A DNA stretch of 64,000 nt from Hyaloraphidium curvatum SAG 235-1 (GCA_025558095.1 JAIVFI010000020.1:124001-188000), one strand, 5' to 3'; shown: positions 35,370 to 46,240, counted from the first letter of the stretch. Made by a program: numbers and translations. The notes: a model not told the origin generated them from the letters alone.

Positions 35370-36055
35370 GATCGGAGCTTCCCTAAGCCGCGCGCGCCCG
35401 CTGAGCTGTCCAATCGAACGCCCACAGAAAAGCCGCTCCCCCGTCGTCGCCGCGATAAGGCCACCTGGAAAGATTTCGACCGCAAACTGTTCTGGAGCGT
35501 CGTCACCGACGCCGCGGCGGGGTACGCAGCCGCCGCTTCAGGGGCCGCCGATGCGCTACTGGCCGCGGACCCGTCCTCCTGGCCACGCCTGTGGGCCGGC
35601 ATGGAAGGAGCGGTGGGAAAGGAGATGCGGCGATGCGCCGTGCCTCTGCGCGCCGTGAAACCCTTCTTCGACTACCACCCGTTCTGGCAGAGGTACGGCG
35701 CCCCGTGCCTTCCCGCCGGCCGCGGGTTGCCCTCGGATACGGCCTCCCCGGCTCTCAAGAACGACGTAGGGCTCGAGGTTTTTGGCGGAGCGTTCGACCA
35801 AGGGCGGCAGTGCGCCGTGAAGCTCGGCCGGATGGCTTCGGCGGCGGGCTGGAAGCCACAGTGGGAGACGGGCGCGACGCCACGGGGGCGCCGGCCAAGG
35901 GCGACCACCCGCTCTACGAGGTCTACCACGGCGTTTGCGGCAAGGTCGCCGGAACAGAGTTCAAGCTGCGCAAGTGCGGGCGCTGCAAGACGGCGCACTA
36001 CTGCTCGCCCGAACGCCAGAGGCGCGCGAGGGCGAGGCGGCCTAATGTACTGTAG
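35370..36055 (+). pseudogene. Degenerate MYND zinc-finger gene
   Basis: VCGKVAGTEFKLRKCGRCKTAHYCSPERQR, with a Cys replaced by Arg and the WxxH..C end missing; the upstream part is split across frames. Confidence 0.6.
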
Positions 36056-36294
36056 CCGTTCACGCGCATTAGATCCGTCAGACTTGAAAGCTGTGCTTTT
36101 GTACACCGGATATACGGACCCTACTCCAGTCGCGTGGTAGAATCCCGAAGTGATCCGCCATTAAGTAAGCTCTTCAAGTGAAGTTATCGGCTCCGCCGGT
36201 TTTATTTCAGTGGAGGCACGAGTTCCAGCGCTTGCGGCGCCTGATCCGAGTTCCAGCCAAGGTCGACGCCCGTCGCCTCCAGCGCTCGCCCGCC

Positions 36295-37990
36295 ATGGAC
36301 TCGGTCGCGACGCCTGCCGATCATGCTGCCGACGGTTCCTCCAAGCCGGCCGGGTTCTTCCTCCCCGAGGACCTCGCCGCAGCGTTCCCGCGGCCCCTGC
36401 CGCCACCGGGCCCTTGGGACCGCGGCAGGCCCTCCAACCCCGCCCCGGCCGCACCGTGCACGGAGGACGCGCTCATGGCCGCGCTGGAGCCGTACCCGAC
36501 CCTGCGGACGCTCGCGAAATGGCATCTGACTCTGTTTTGGATGCCGTCAACGCTCCTGGTGCGCTATTCCGTTACGAGCGCCGTCGTCGTGGCGTTTTGC
36601 GCGTGCGCGCTCGTCTTCGGCGGGGACACTTTCGGGGCGCGCCAGCTTATTGGCGGCTTCGTGCTTGTGGCGATCTACTGCGTCGCGATCCCCACCGTGT
36701 GGTTCGCCGCGCAGGTAGTGTTTGTGGCTCGCCTCGTCCCCGACATGTTCCCGACTTTGGCGGCGGCCGCGCGCATTTTGCTGCGGGGCCAAATCCGGCC
36801 CGCTGTCGACGGAGACAATCTCCGGATGTACATTCTGTCGGGCTACGCCATGGTGCCCGCGTGGGCGCGGTGCGTGAAGGACGGTGCGCTTTTCGCAACC
36901 GGGCTCGGCCACGTGGAAGGCGATTCCGAGTGCACATGCGCCGCTCAGCGTTGCTCCGGCGGCCTATTGACAGCCGCCGCGCGCCAGTGGGCGTTCAGTG
37001 TTACTGCTTGGTTGATCCTGTCTCTGGGGCCGTTCGTTTTCATGGGCTGGACGCCTTTGTTCTCCCTCCCGCAGGTCTGGGCTCACGCATGGGGCATCTT
37101 CCTTGGGGTCTGCTTCTGTGGGTGGCGGGGGCGGCCGGGCTTTGGAGTTTGCCAGCTGACACACCCGTCACCTGTTCCGCCGCGGCGGCAGGTCTCGCAG
37201 TGGTGCACATGGCGGCCGAGCCATTCGCCAATCCGACGGCGGAGAATATGCTCCTCAGATTGGAAGGCCGCGTCCGCAGGAGGCTGCTACGCCGCGCTCT
37301 CGCTGCCTTCCTCGACCGCGCACGGCACGCCGCCCTCGCCGAGAGAGCTTTCCCGGCACCTAAAGATCTTTGGGGATTGCCGGAAGAGCCGTACATGCAG
37401 CTCCGCGCCGAGCTGCGGCCGCGGTGGCGGCAAGATGTCTCGTCAAACACCATCCCCTTTGTCTACCCCATCTTCATCGGCCTCTCGATCCTCCTGATGG
37501 CCGCCAGCATCGTAAGTCAAGCCCTCCCTGCCCCCCAACCCTGCCCCCACTGCCCACCCCCGCCCAGATCATCGGCACCTGCATCCCGGCATGGATGCTT
37601 GCAGTCCTCGCCCACTTCGCTTACTACCTCCTGCGCGACCTCTGGCACGCCGCCGTCGCCAACTCCGAGATCGCCTCCGTCGGAGACCTATACACCTCCG
37701 CGCTCGTCGAAACCCGGGACCTCCTCGTTTCCGCCTCCCCCCCTTCCCCGGACTCCGCTGACGCACCCCGTGTTTCGGCGCTGCGGCGGCACCTCAAATC
37801 CCACGCTGCCGCGCTCGAACTCTACGCCGGCGAAGCCCGCGACGCGAGGCGCCGGTTCCTCGGCGTCGCCGTGGGATTCGGGTCGTTCAGGGGCCTGCTG
37901 GTGTCGCTGGCGACGGTGGTGTTCGCGGCGTGGGGGCTGATGAGGGGTTTCGGGGTCGCGGCGACGCTCGAGACCGTGTGTCCGGGCTGA
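36295..37990 (+). CDS. Multi-pass membrane protein of an expanded family (possible 7TM/gustatory-receptor-like fold), spliced
   Basis: About 7 hydrophobic segments, a CTCAAQRCSGG loop, C-terminus RFLGVAVGFGSFRGLLVSLATVVFAAWGLMRGFGVAATLETVCPG; paralogue at 55666-57132. Confidence 0.7.
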
Positions 37991-38323
37991 TATTGGGGTG
38001 AGCGGGGAACGGCGGACCCGGGCGTACCAGAGGACTTGGAGTAACCTATGCAGCGCAAAACGTGGGTTTCAGCTTTGGCTTGCATGATGTCATTGCGGAG
38101 CCAACCGTCTCTCCTGGCGGCAGTGGAGAACCTGTTTCAACCTGCGGCGGAGAATGAAGATATTCGGCAGCTCCTACAGCGGCCCTTTTTGTTCTTGGTC
38201 GAAATCGAGGCGGCCGTCGGCAGGGAGCTTTTCGGGCGGAGGGTCGCAACGGCCTACAACTAGACGACAGCAGCGAGTACATTTTGCAGCCCAAAGGCCA
38301 ATACAACTTCCATCCACCCTCCT

Positions 38324-39391
38324 TCAAGTCAGATACTGCACTACAAATCTGCTGTCGGCCGGCTGCCCGTCCGCCGCGAAGCACCACACGTCGACGTACG
38401 CCCCGCCCCACCCAAAGATCGAGCACCTCCTCCCCTCGTCCCCGACCGCGTCGACATGCGGGCTGCCCGGTCGCACCTGATCCACCGGCAGGCCGTGGAC
38501 GAAGCGGTAGCGCCCCACTCCGACCCGCGAGACCATGTTCCCCGTACCGGCGGGCTGGGAGCGCCACTGGAACGCCGACAGGGGCGGGTACGAGGCCTGC
38601 GAGCCGGGCCGCTCCGCCAGCGCGTAGGCATGGTTCATGGGAAACGCCGAGAGCGGCTGCCTCTCGGTCCAGATGAGCGAGAAGGGCGAGTCCCCGTCGT
38701 TGATCCGGTACCGGCACCGGACCTGCACGACAAGGGGGCTGCCGCCCCACCCGACCAGCGAGCAGCGGCTCTGACCGCCGCGCACAGCAGTCACCTTGGC
38801 CGTGCCGCGAACACCGTTGACGATGGCGGGGAAGGTGACGTTGTACCTGCCCTGCGCGATGCGTCGGACGGTCGCTGGCGGTCCGGGCGGGCCGGCCTGA
38901 ACCGGGGGAGAGTAGGGCGCGGCCGCGGTGGGCAGGTTGGCCAGGACGTGCGCCCATCCGGGGGGCCGGCCGTCGGCGTTGGTGAACATGACGGTGAAGC
39001 GCGAGTCTTTCAGGTTGGCGGCCTTGTCGAAGCACTTGACCTTCACCCGCACAGCGGTGGCGAGGATCGTCCAGTCGTCCACGGTGCAAAAGTCGCCGTA
39101 CCCGGGGCCGTAGGCCGATGCCGCGACGGCGCCGCGGAAGGGGCCGCCGCCGACGCGGGGGAACCGCACGTCGTAGCGGCCGTAGGCGGTGCGCGTGATC
39201 GAGGCGGACTCGGTGGGTGCGACCGAGTTCCACGCGAACCGGGCCTTTTGGGGCTGGTTGTACGGGGTCGAGGGGTCGGCGCACCACGCGTACGCGGCGC
39301 GGGTGACGGTGGCGGCCGAGGGGGCGGGCGCGGCGAGGAGCAGCGCGGCGGCGAGCGCGAGCAGCGCGGCGGCGGGACCGGGGCGGTGCAT
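38324..39391 (-). CDS. Secreted protein with three ~105-aa Cys/Trp repeats, intronless
   Basis: Signal peptide AAALLALAAALLLAAPAPSAA; three copies of R..GRY.(V/F)..P..G....A...C....W....V.C......DS.F. Confidence 0.8.
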   Translation of the reverse strand: MHRPGPAAALLALAAALLLAAPAPSAATVTRAAYAWCADPSTPYNQPQKARFAWNSVAPTESASITRTAYGRYDVRFPRVGGGPFRGAVAASAYGPGYGDFCTVDDWTILATAVRVKVKCFDKAANLKDSRFTVMFTNADGRPPGWAHVLANLPTAAAPYSPPVQAGPPGPPATVRRIAQGRYNVTFPAIVNGVRGTAKVTAVRGGQSRCSLVGWGGSPLVVQVRCRYRINDGDSPFSLIWTERQPLSAFPMNHAYALAERPGSQASYPPLSAFQWRSQPAGTGNMVSRVGVGRYRFVHGLPVDQVRPGSPHVDAVGDEGRRCSIFGWGGAYVDVWCFAADGQPADSRFVVQYLT

Positions 39392-39981
39392 TGCTTCGGC
39401 TAGTTGACGCGCAGTGGTGGCAGAGCAGCACTTTTGTGTTTGGCGTTGCCGCATCGGGTGGGCCGGAATGACGAAATGCTGTGGCGGGACGAAGCGGAGC
39501 TGTGCTTTTGATCCGTCCGCCGAATCCCGCCCGCTCGCTCGCTCGCTTGCCACGTCCACAGGCCGAACAAATGACTCCACTAAGGTCTGGAGCGATATCT
39601 TCTGCCTTCCAGCTCTCACTGGCCGCGGAAGCGGCGTTGCTTATGCGCAAACGGCCGGCTTGGGGTCCTCCCGCGAGCATGCGGAACGGCTGCCAAGCCC
39701 CGACTGCCACCGCACGACCATCTGCGGCAAATGACGTCAACAGCTTGCGCAAGTGCCGGGCGCTAGACCGCGCACCACTGCTTGGCCGAATGTCGAAGCG
39801 CGCGAAGTGATCGCGGACGTGGGAAGCTTCGGGACCGGAGCTGCCGCATGAGGCGCGGATGGTGTCTCTGATGAAGTTTGGGCAGGATGCTTCCTGGTGG
39901 AGGACACGCCGCACAGTAGCGTTGACCGATAGATTGTTTCATGCGCGATGCTGTGGCAATGGCGGGCGAGCCTGTCCCAAC

Positions 39982-41310
39982 TCATCCAGCATCCGACCCT
40001 GCCTCGCTCCCCGAACCTTCCTCGTCGGACCCAGTCTCCCCTCCCGATCCCCCGCCGCCGCTCCCGCCGTCCCACTCGGATCCGCTCTCGAAACCCTCCA
40101 GCGCCTCCTCCCACCATCCCCCGTCCCGCACGGGGATCTCAACCCGCGGCTGCGCCGCCCAGAACGCCTCCTCGGCCCTCGCGGCGCGCACCTGTTCCGC
40201 GTCGACCCAGGACCCCTCCATCGTGTCCCAATCCGGCTCGATGCGCAGCGCCGTCCGCGACGCGGCCGCGGCGGCCCGCACCGCGCCGAACGCGGCCGGG
40301 GAGAGGTCGAGCCGGCACCGCTCGAGGACCAGCTCCTCCAGCGCGGTCCAGCAGCCGTCCGCGAGGATGGCGGTGCGGTGCATGGCGAGCTCCAGGGAAG
40401 CGAGGCCCGGGAACGCGGCGAGCACGGCGCGGAGGTCGGCGCGGTTCGGGGATTCGGAGCGGAAGCACAGCCGTCTGGCGCGGGGGAAGGCCCCCGGGAC
40501 GAGGGTCCAGAGGGCGGAATCCGACGCGGGGAGCTCGAGTTCGTCGAGCCGGGCGGCGACGTTGGGGAAGCGGCGGATGGCGCTCGGCCAGTCGAGCCAG
40601 CCGGGGGCGGTCCCGGGGGGCGGACCGTCGTCGACCGGGTCGAACAGCGAGAGCGCTTCGAATGTTGCGAGGCAGTCGAGGCGTTGCAGGAGGGGGAGGA
40701 AGTGCGCCGCCTTGGGATCCCCGGCCGGCCGTTCGGGATCGTAGATGCCGTTAATGGTTGCCCGTCGCAGCGCGGCGATGCTCTCGGCCGCGCCGAGGAA
40801 CGACATAATTCCGGCCGTGCAGCTGGCGTAGATCGTGAGCTCTTCCAGCGAGGGGCCGACGCCGGCGAGGAGCGCGGCGAAGAACGGGTCCGCGCAGGAC
40901 ATCCCGACGGAGAGCTTCCTGACCATGCGCAGCTTCCCGAGCCCGAGTCCGTCCGCGAGGAGGCCGCGGAACTTGTCCAGGAAATCGCCCGGGCCGTCGC
41001 CCTGCTCGTCGACGAACTGCAGCGCGGTCGCGTCCCACCTCCGCCGGGGCTCGTCCGTCACATCCAGCTCCCTGACCAGGATCCCCATCCCGAGCTCCAT
41101 CATGGTCCGACACGTGGAGAGCAGGTTGAGCAGCGACCGCCGCTGGAAGCTGCTCAGGAGCAGTTCTCCGAGAAGGAGCATGATGTCCGCGGGGAGCGCG
41201 GCGAACGGTTCGTCGGTCCACTCCTCGGCCGGGTCCGCGGCAGATGCATGTTCATCGGGCTGCGAGGCATCGGTTTCCTGTCGCACATCGGCGGCAGTGA
41301 GCTCTGCCAT
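39982..41310 (-). CDS. F-box-like/RNI-LRR-like lineage-specific protein
   Basis: FAALPADIMLLLGELL..SLLNLLSTCR, then LxxLxL repeats (LEELTI, LDELEL, LASLEL, LEELVL). Confidence 0.65.
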   Translation of the reverse strand: MAELTAADVRQETDASQPDEHASAADPAEEWTDEPFAALPADIMLLLGELLLSSFQRRSLLNLLSTCRTMMELGMGILVRELDVTDEPRRRWDATALQFVDEQGDGPGDFLDKFRGLLADGLGLGKLRMVRKLSVGMSCADPFFAALLAGVGPSLEELTIYASCTAGIMSFLGAAESIAALRRATINGIYDPERPAGDPKAAHFLPLLQRLDCLATFEALSLFDPVDDGPPPGTAPGWLDWPSAIRRFPNVAARLDELELPASDSALWTLVPGAFPRARRLCFRSESPNRADLRAVLAAFPGLASLELAMHRTAILADGCWTALEELVLERCRLDLSPAAFGAVRAAAAASRTALRIEPDWDTMEGSWVDAEQVRAARAEEAFWAAQPRVEIPVRDGGWWEEALEGFESGSEWDGGSGGGGSGGETGSDEEGSGSEAGSDAG

Positions 41311-41426
41311 TGCGACAAACGCGCAAGCGTCGGTCTGTTTATCACCGTCCCCAACTGCCCGACCGAAAGGCTTCGCTTTTCAGTAGTGTACTCGTTTAGA
41401 TTCGGCGTCAGGACCGAAGCGGAAGG

Positions 41427-42341
41427 ATGCGCACGGTCTCCTTCACCGTTTCCGTGCCGCCGCCCTCGCACCCCGACTCGCTGGTCTGGGGCGACGACCC
41501 GGCCCGCGACCCAATCGACCTCGCGTGCCGGCTGGACCGCCGGGGAGGTCCTCGTCAGGGGATCGTTGTCCTGTGCCACGGCCTCCTGGACAACAAGGAG
41601 AAGCCGCTGGTGTCGGCGCTGAGGGAACGGCTGCCGTGCGATGTCGTCTCGTTCGACTTCAGGGGCATGGGGGGTTCCGGCGGGAGCACTTCGTTTGCCA
41701 ATCACGGCTTGGACGCGGACGATATCCACCACGTGATCTCGCATGTGGAGGACCATTTCGGACCCGTCCTCTGCGTGGTGGCACACTCCGCTGGCGGCGC
41801 CGCCGGCTGCATCTGGGCGGCGCGGTATCCTCTGCAATCCGCGCGCGTCGGCCGACTCGTCACCGTTTCGGCGCTCTACTTTAACGGCGTGCCGCCGCCG
41901 GACGGCCACAGGAACCCGGATCCGCTGAAGCTGGCCAAGGGCAGCAGGCCGGAGCCGCCTTACCTGTTTGCGACCTACCGCCGCGGACCGCCAGGAGCGC
42001 GCAACGAAACAGTGGACGTCTTCGTGACCGAGCGCGCGCTACAGCTCCGGAACGAGGTGCTGCCCATGAGCCGGCACGTTCCCCGGTTCCCGCATTCGCT
42101 GTCAATGCTGGCGCTCATCGGCGGGGCGGACAGGCTGATTGTCGCGGAGCGGGACGTGCCGCTCTGGAAGGCCAGCTTTCCCGGGGCCGACATTACGGTG
42201 AAGGTGCTCGACGGGTGCGAACACAACTTCAGGGAGACGCGGGAGCAGGACGTTGCCGTTGCCGAGGTGTCGAGCTGGCTGGAAGCGCGATGGCCCGCGG
42301 AGCTGGAGACGGTAGGAGCATCCGCGGAAGCAAAGCTCTAG
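41427..42341 (+). CDS. Alpha/beta hydrolase with C-terminal PTS1 (AKL)
   Basis: VLCHGL, FDFRGMGGSGG, AHSAGG, GGADRLI, EHNF. Confidence 0.85.
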   Translation: MRTVSFTVSVPPPSHPDSLVWGDDPARDPIDLACRLDRRGGPRQGIVVLCHGLLDNKEKPLVSALRERLPCDVVSFDFRGMGGSGGSTSFANHGLDADDIHHVISHVEDHFGPVLCVVAHSAGGAAGCIWAARYPLQSARVGRLVTVSALYFNGVPPPDGHRNPDPLKLAKGSRPEPPYLFATYRRGPPGARNETVDVFVTERALQLRNEVLPMSRHVPRFPHSLSMLALIGGADRLIVAERDVPLWKASFPGADITVKVLDGCEHNFRETREQDVAVAEVSSWLEARWPAELETVGASAEAKL

Positions 42342-42369
42342 AGCTAGAAGCAACAAGGAAGGATGCCAA

Positions 42370-42858
42370 TCACTTTGCGATTCCGAGAACCTTCCAGACG
42401 GTTTCGGTCGTCCGGAAGAAGGCTCCAACGTGAGGCACCACCCCGTCCGCCGCCGCTGCCGCTCCGTCCACCCCGTTGTTCAGGACCAGCAACGCCGCGT
42501 GCAGAACCCCCATGAACGCGTCGCTGATCGCTAGCGACGCCATGCCCGACGGCCCCTCCCCCTTGGCAACGAGGTACCAAATGGCGGAACCGGCGGCAGC
42601 GTGGACGGCGACGCTGGCCGCGAGGAACCGCGGATCGTCCCGCATCGCGTACTGCAGCGCACCGGCGGTGGCAAAAGCGATGCCGAGGAACTTTGTCGCC
42701 GCGGAGGTCGCAAAGACGGGTGCGGTCGATTCCAGCTTCAGTGCCTTGTTCTGCGCGTCCAACGCGCCGGAAACCAGGTCGCCGCGGCCGAGGAAGAGTG
42801 CCAAGCCACCTGCGATGTTGGAGAGCGCGGAGAACGCCCAGAGAAAGGTCGATGCCAT
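42370..42858 (-). CDS. Small membrane protein (about 4 TM), unknown function
   Basis: 162-aa ORF with four hydrophobic helices filling the gap between neighbouring genes. Confidence 0.6.
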   Translation of the reverse strand: MASTFLWAFSALSNIAGGLALFLGRGDLVSGALDAQNKALKLESTAPVFATSAATKFLGIAFATAGALQYAMRDDPRFLAASVAVHAAAGSAIWYLVAKGEGPSGMASLAISDAFMGVLHAALLVLNNGVDGAAAAADGVVPHVGAFFRTTETVWKVLGIAK

Positions 42859-42956
42859 TTCGGGCGGATTCCGGAGTTATGTTCTGGATGGGAGACGGGG
42901 GGCCGGATGAACTCGCCCTTATTCCGGCGGTCCGTTCCCTCTCATCCAATCACGCA

Positions 42957-44141
42957 ATGAAGTACCCAGCGATTGCCGGCGCGAAGCAATTGCGCGCTAA
43001 GACCAACGGGATCGAGCTGGACTACCTCGAAGCCGGCCCGCCGGACGGCGAGCTCGTCGTCCTCCTGCACGGCTTCCCGGAATCGCTATGGTCGTGGAGG
43101 CACCAGGTCCCGGCCCTCGCCGCCGCCGGCTACCGCGTCGTCGCGCCGGACCAGCGCGGCTACGGCGGCTCCAGCAAGCCCCGCGAGGTGGACGCGTATT
43201 CCTCGGACCAGCTGCAGAAGGACGCGCTGGGGCTCGTGGACGCCGTGACCGGCAAGCCGGGCAGCAAGGCCGTCTTTGTCGGGCACGACTGGGGTGCGCT
43301 GCTGGTCTGGGATCTCGTCCGCGAGAACCCGGACCGCGTGAGGGCCGCCGTGGCGGTGTCGGTGCCGTACACGCCCTGGCCGGCCCCGCCGACCGCGGTC
43401 CTCAAGGCTATGGTGGGGGACAAATTCCATTACATCCGTAGGAGCACCGTCCAGCGTTGTGCCTGGCAGGGACCTCATTTCCTGCCGTCGCCAGTGTACT
43501 TCCAAACCGTCGGCCCCGCCGAAACCGAGATGGACGCCGACAAGTCGGACGTCCTGCGCAAGACCATCTGGGGGGTCAGCGGGGACATGCCCCGCGGACC
43601 AGCCTGGGGCACCCAGAACGACGTGCTGCTCGAGGGCGGCAAGCTCGCGGACACGATGCAGGGCATCCCGGACGGGCTGCCGCCGTTCGTCACCGAGGAG
43701 GACTTTGCGACGTGGAAGGCGGCGTACGACGAATCGGGATTCTTCGGGCCCGTGTCGTGGTGGGCGTTGCCGTGGCGCGTCCGTCGGCTGCGCGTGCTGA
43801 TGCCGCTGCTTTTCAAGGTACCGCAACCTCGACCGCAACTACGAGCGCACGAAGTCGATCCCCGCCTCGGTCGTCAGCTTCCCGGTCTTCTTCATCGGCT
43901 CCGAAGCCGACATGGTGCTCGCCGGCAGGGCAACAGAGGAGGCCATGGACGCCGTGCACAAGGATCTCCCGGGGTACAAGGGGGCCAAGGTGCTTCCCAA
44001 GGCCGGGCACTGTGGGTGGAGGCGGCGGAGACCCGCATCTGTTCTGAACTGCAGGTGCCAGGGACGCAGCAGGAGATACCCGCCGAGTTCAACAGGGAGC
44101 TGTTGGCGTTCCTCAAGTCGCTGCCGCCGGCATCCGCGTAG
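42957..44141 (+). CDS. Soluble epoxide hydrolase (EphA-like), spliced
   Basis: LLHGFPES, APDQRGYG, GHDWGA, W|YRNLDRN, AGH|WTQQE. Confidence 0.92.
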   Translation: MKYPAIAGAKQLRAKTNGIELDYLEAGPPDGELVVLLHGFPESLWSWRHQVPALAAAGYRVVAPDQRGYGGSSKPREVDAYSSDQLQKDALGLVDAVTGKPGSKAVFVGHDWGALLVWDLVRENPDRVRAAVAVSVPYTPWPAPPTAVLKAMVGDKFHYIRRSTVQRCAWQGPHFLPSPVYFQTVGPAETEMDADKSDVLRKTIWGVSGDMPRGPAWGTQNDVLLEGGKLADTMQGIPDGLPPFVTEEDFATWKAAYDESGFFGPVSWWALPWRVRRLRVLMPLLFKVPQPRPQLRAHEVDPRLGRQLPGLLHRLRSRHGARRQGNRGGHGRRAQGSPGVQGGQGASQGRALWVEAAETRICSELQVPGTQQEIPAEFNRELLAFLKSLPPASA

Positions 44142-44257
44142 TCTTTGGGTCGGAATGTGATAAAGCTTGGTTAGAACTCTGCGATGTGCGGCTACAAAAG
44201 CGTCGATCTGTTTACCCTTTCAAGACGCGTTCTAGTGCTTCGTCCACCGTCCCCGCG

Positions 44258-45313
44258 ATGGACGACGAGGCCGCGCTCCGGCAGTGGGACGCCGGCTCGG
44301 TGTCGCACCCGCCGCCGCACGCGCTGCCCGCGGCGGCGCTCGTCCCGTTCCTCAACCCGCCGCCGCGTGGCCGCCCGCCGTTCGCGCCGGTCCCCGTCGC
44401 GCGCCTCGCCGCCGCCCGCGCGCGGTGGAGCGCCCCGCCCGGCGACGCCGCCGCCGTCGTCGACGAGTTCTACGCGGGGCTGGCGGCGCAGCGGGGAGCG
44501 GTGGGCGGGCAGGGCGACTTCGGCGAGGAGGAGGCGGCGGGGGGCGGCGACCAGACCGGCGGGTACGAGTGGGACGGCGAGGGCTGGGAGAAGGGGTACC
44601 TGGACGCGTGGTACGCCGTCGTGGGGGCGCACAACGCGGAGGTCAAGGCGCGGGGCAGCCTGGGCGGGGGGAACGGGACCGGGCTGCAGGCCGCCGGCAG
44701 GAACGACGCCCGCGGGAGGAGCAGGGACGCGCAGCGCGACCGGGACCGCGCGAGGCAGAGGAGCAGGGACCGCAGCGGGTCGCCGCAGCGGGGCGGGGGC
44801 GGGGGAGGCCGGGGGAGGATGCGCACCCCCTCGCGCTCCCGATCCCGTTCCTACTCGCGGTCACGATCGCGCTCCTACTCGCGGTCGCGATCCCGCTCCC
44901 GCTCCCGCTCGCGGCAGCGCTCGCGCGACCGCCGCCGCCCCCCCTCGCGGCGGCGCCGGCGCTCCCCCTCCCGCAGCCGCTCGCGCTCCCCGCCGCGCCG
45001 CAGGCAGCGCCGCTCCCGCTCGCGGACGCCGAGCAGGGACCGTGGGGGAAAGCGCCGCGCGAGGTCACGCTCCGGCTCCCCGCCGTACCGGCCGTCCTCG
45101 CGGTCCCCACCCCGCGGCGGGGGCAAACCGGCAATGGGCACGCAGCGGACCATCGCGCCGCGCCCCAACATGCCCGCTGCGCAGCCGGCGGCGGCGCAGC
45201 AGAAGCCAGCGGACCCGCTGGACGACATGGTGGAGAGGTTCAGGAAGCAGAAGAGCCAGCAGGTGCAGATGATGCTGGGGATGTACGGAAGGAGGCCCGG
45301 CGGGCCGGAGTGA
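44258..45313 (+). CDS. CHERP-like RS-domain splicing-related protein (short form)
   Basis: HALPAAALVPF, VDEFY..WDGEGWEKGYLDAWY, a long RS tract and DDMVERFRKQKS resemble the conserved CHERP blocks. Confidence 0.7.
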   Translation: MDDEAALRQWDAGSVSHPPPHALPAAALVPFLNPPPRGRPPFAPVPVARLAAARARWSAPPGDAAAVVDEFYAGLAAQRGAVGGQGDFGEEEAAGGGDQTGGYEWDGEGWEKGYLDAWYAVVGAHNAEVKARGSLGGGNGTGLQAAGRNDARGRSRDAQRDRDRARQRSRDRSGSPQRGGGGGGRGRMRTPSRSRSRSYSRSRSRSYSRSRSRSRSRSRQRSRDRRRPPSRRRRRSPSRSRSRSPPRRRQRRSRSRTPSRDRGGKRRARSRSGSPPYRPSSRSPPRGGGKPAMGTQRTIAPRPNMPAAQPAAAQQKPADPLDDMVERFRKQKSQQVQMMLGMYGRRPGGPE

Positions 45314-45829
45314 GGCGCCGAGGCGGGACGGCGACGGTGTGCGGTGGGTTGGGTTCGGGAGGGGACGGACCTGAAGGGCGTTCCGTGCGGGATGACAAGG
45401 AAGATCGAATCGATTCTCTCTCCAAGATCGCCCGGTCTTGCCTGCCCTTTCACCCATCCTCGCCCTCCACGCCCTCCTTCTCCTGCACCAGCACCGGGAG
45501 CCCCAGCCTGCGCTGCATGCCCTCGACCGCGCTCCGGCCCGAGGCGTACCAGGCCGCGCTGCCCACCAGAAGCCGGCCGTCGCCCGGCCGTTGCTCGACC
45601 GGGCCGGGATCGGCGCGGAGAGGGGAGCCCGCCTGATCGCCCGGGTCCACCGGAGGCCCGCCTGCATCGTCCGAGCTGGCGGGCTCCTCGGCGATCTCGG
45701 GGTTCCTCGCCAGTTCGCACTTCCTCGAACCTCCTCTTCTTCGGGGGGAGGTGCTCGAGCGCCCTCGCTCGCGCTCGGCGGGTCTTGGGCGGGGAGATCG
45801 GTGCGCGGGCTTTCGCTGCGGTGCTCCAC

Positions 45830-46240
45830 CTCGCGGCTCTCCGCCGGCAAACGATCGAGCCTCCGCTGCGCGAACTCAAGGCCCTGGACAGCTGCCTTGC
45901 GGAACCACTTTGCCGCAGCCACGAGATCCTGAGCGACGCCCTTGCCGTTCTTGTAGCACAATCCGAGGTTGTACTGCGCAACCGCGTGGCCCTGGTCAGC
46001 CGCCTTGCGGTACCATCGCGCCGCTTCGGCAAGATCCTGCGGTACGCCCTCGCCCTTCTCGCAGCGCACTCCGACCTCGAACTGCGCCTCCACGTGGCCC
46101 TGCTCGGCCGCTTTGCGAAGCTATTCCGCCGCCAAGACTGCGTCCCGGTCGACGCCGTCGCGGCCGACCGCGCAGCGCTTTCCGAGTTCGTACTGCGCCC
46201 ACAGGTGACCCCGTTCAGCCATTATGCGGAGGTCCGTCAC
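45830..46240 (-). pseudogene. SEL1-repeat gene with an in-frame TAG
   Basis: AERGHLWAQYELG..AAE*LRKAAEQGHVEAQFEVG..AARWYRKAADQGHAVAQYNLG..AAKWFRKAAVQG; the stop at 46121-46123 replaces the repeat Trp. Confidence 0.8.

Noticed and set aside
38046-39914. 622-aa and other long Arg/Pro-rich ORFs throughout the track
   Set aside because: These are alternative-frame or antisense shadows of real GC-rich genes, with no recognisable motifs.
44820-45080. Repeat-like tcgcgc/cgctcc arrays, and the ccg arrays at 28375-28497
   Set aside because: These are coding low-complexity tracts (RS domain, poly-Pro), not CRISPR or satellite DNA.
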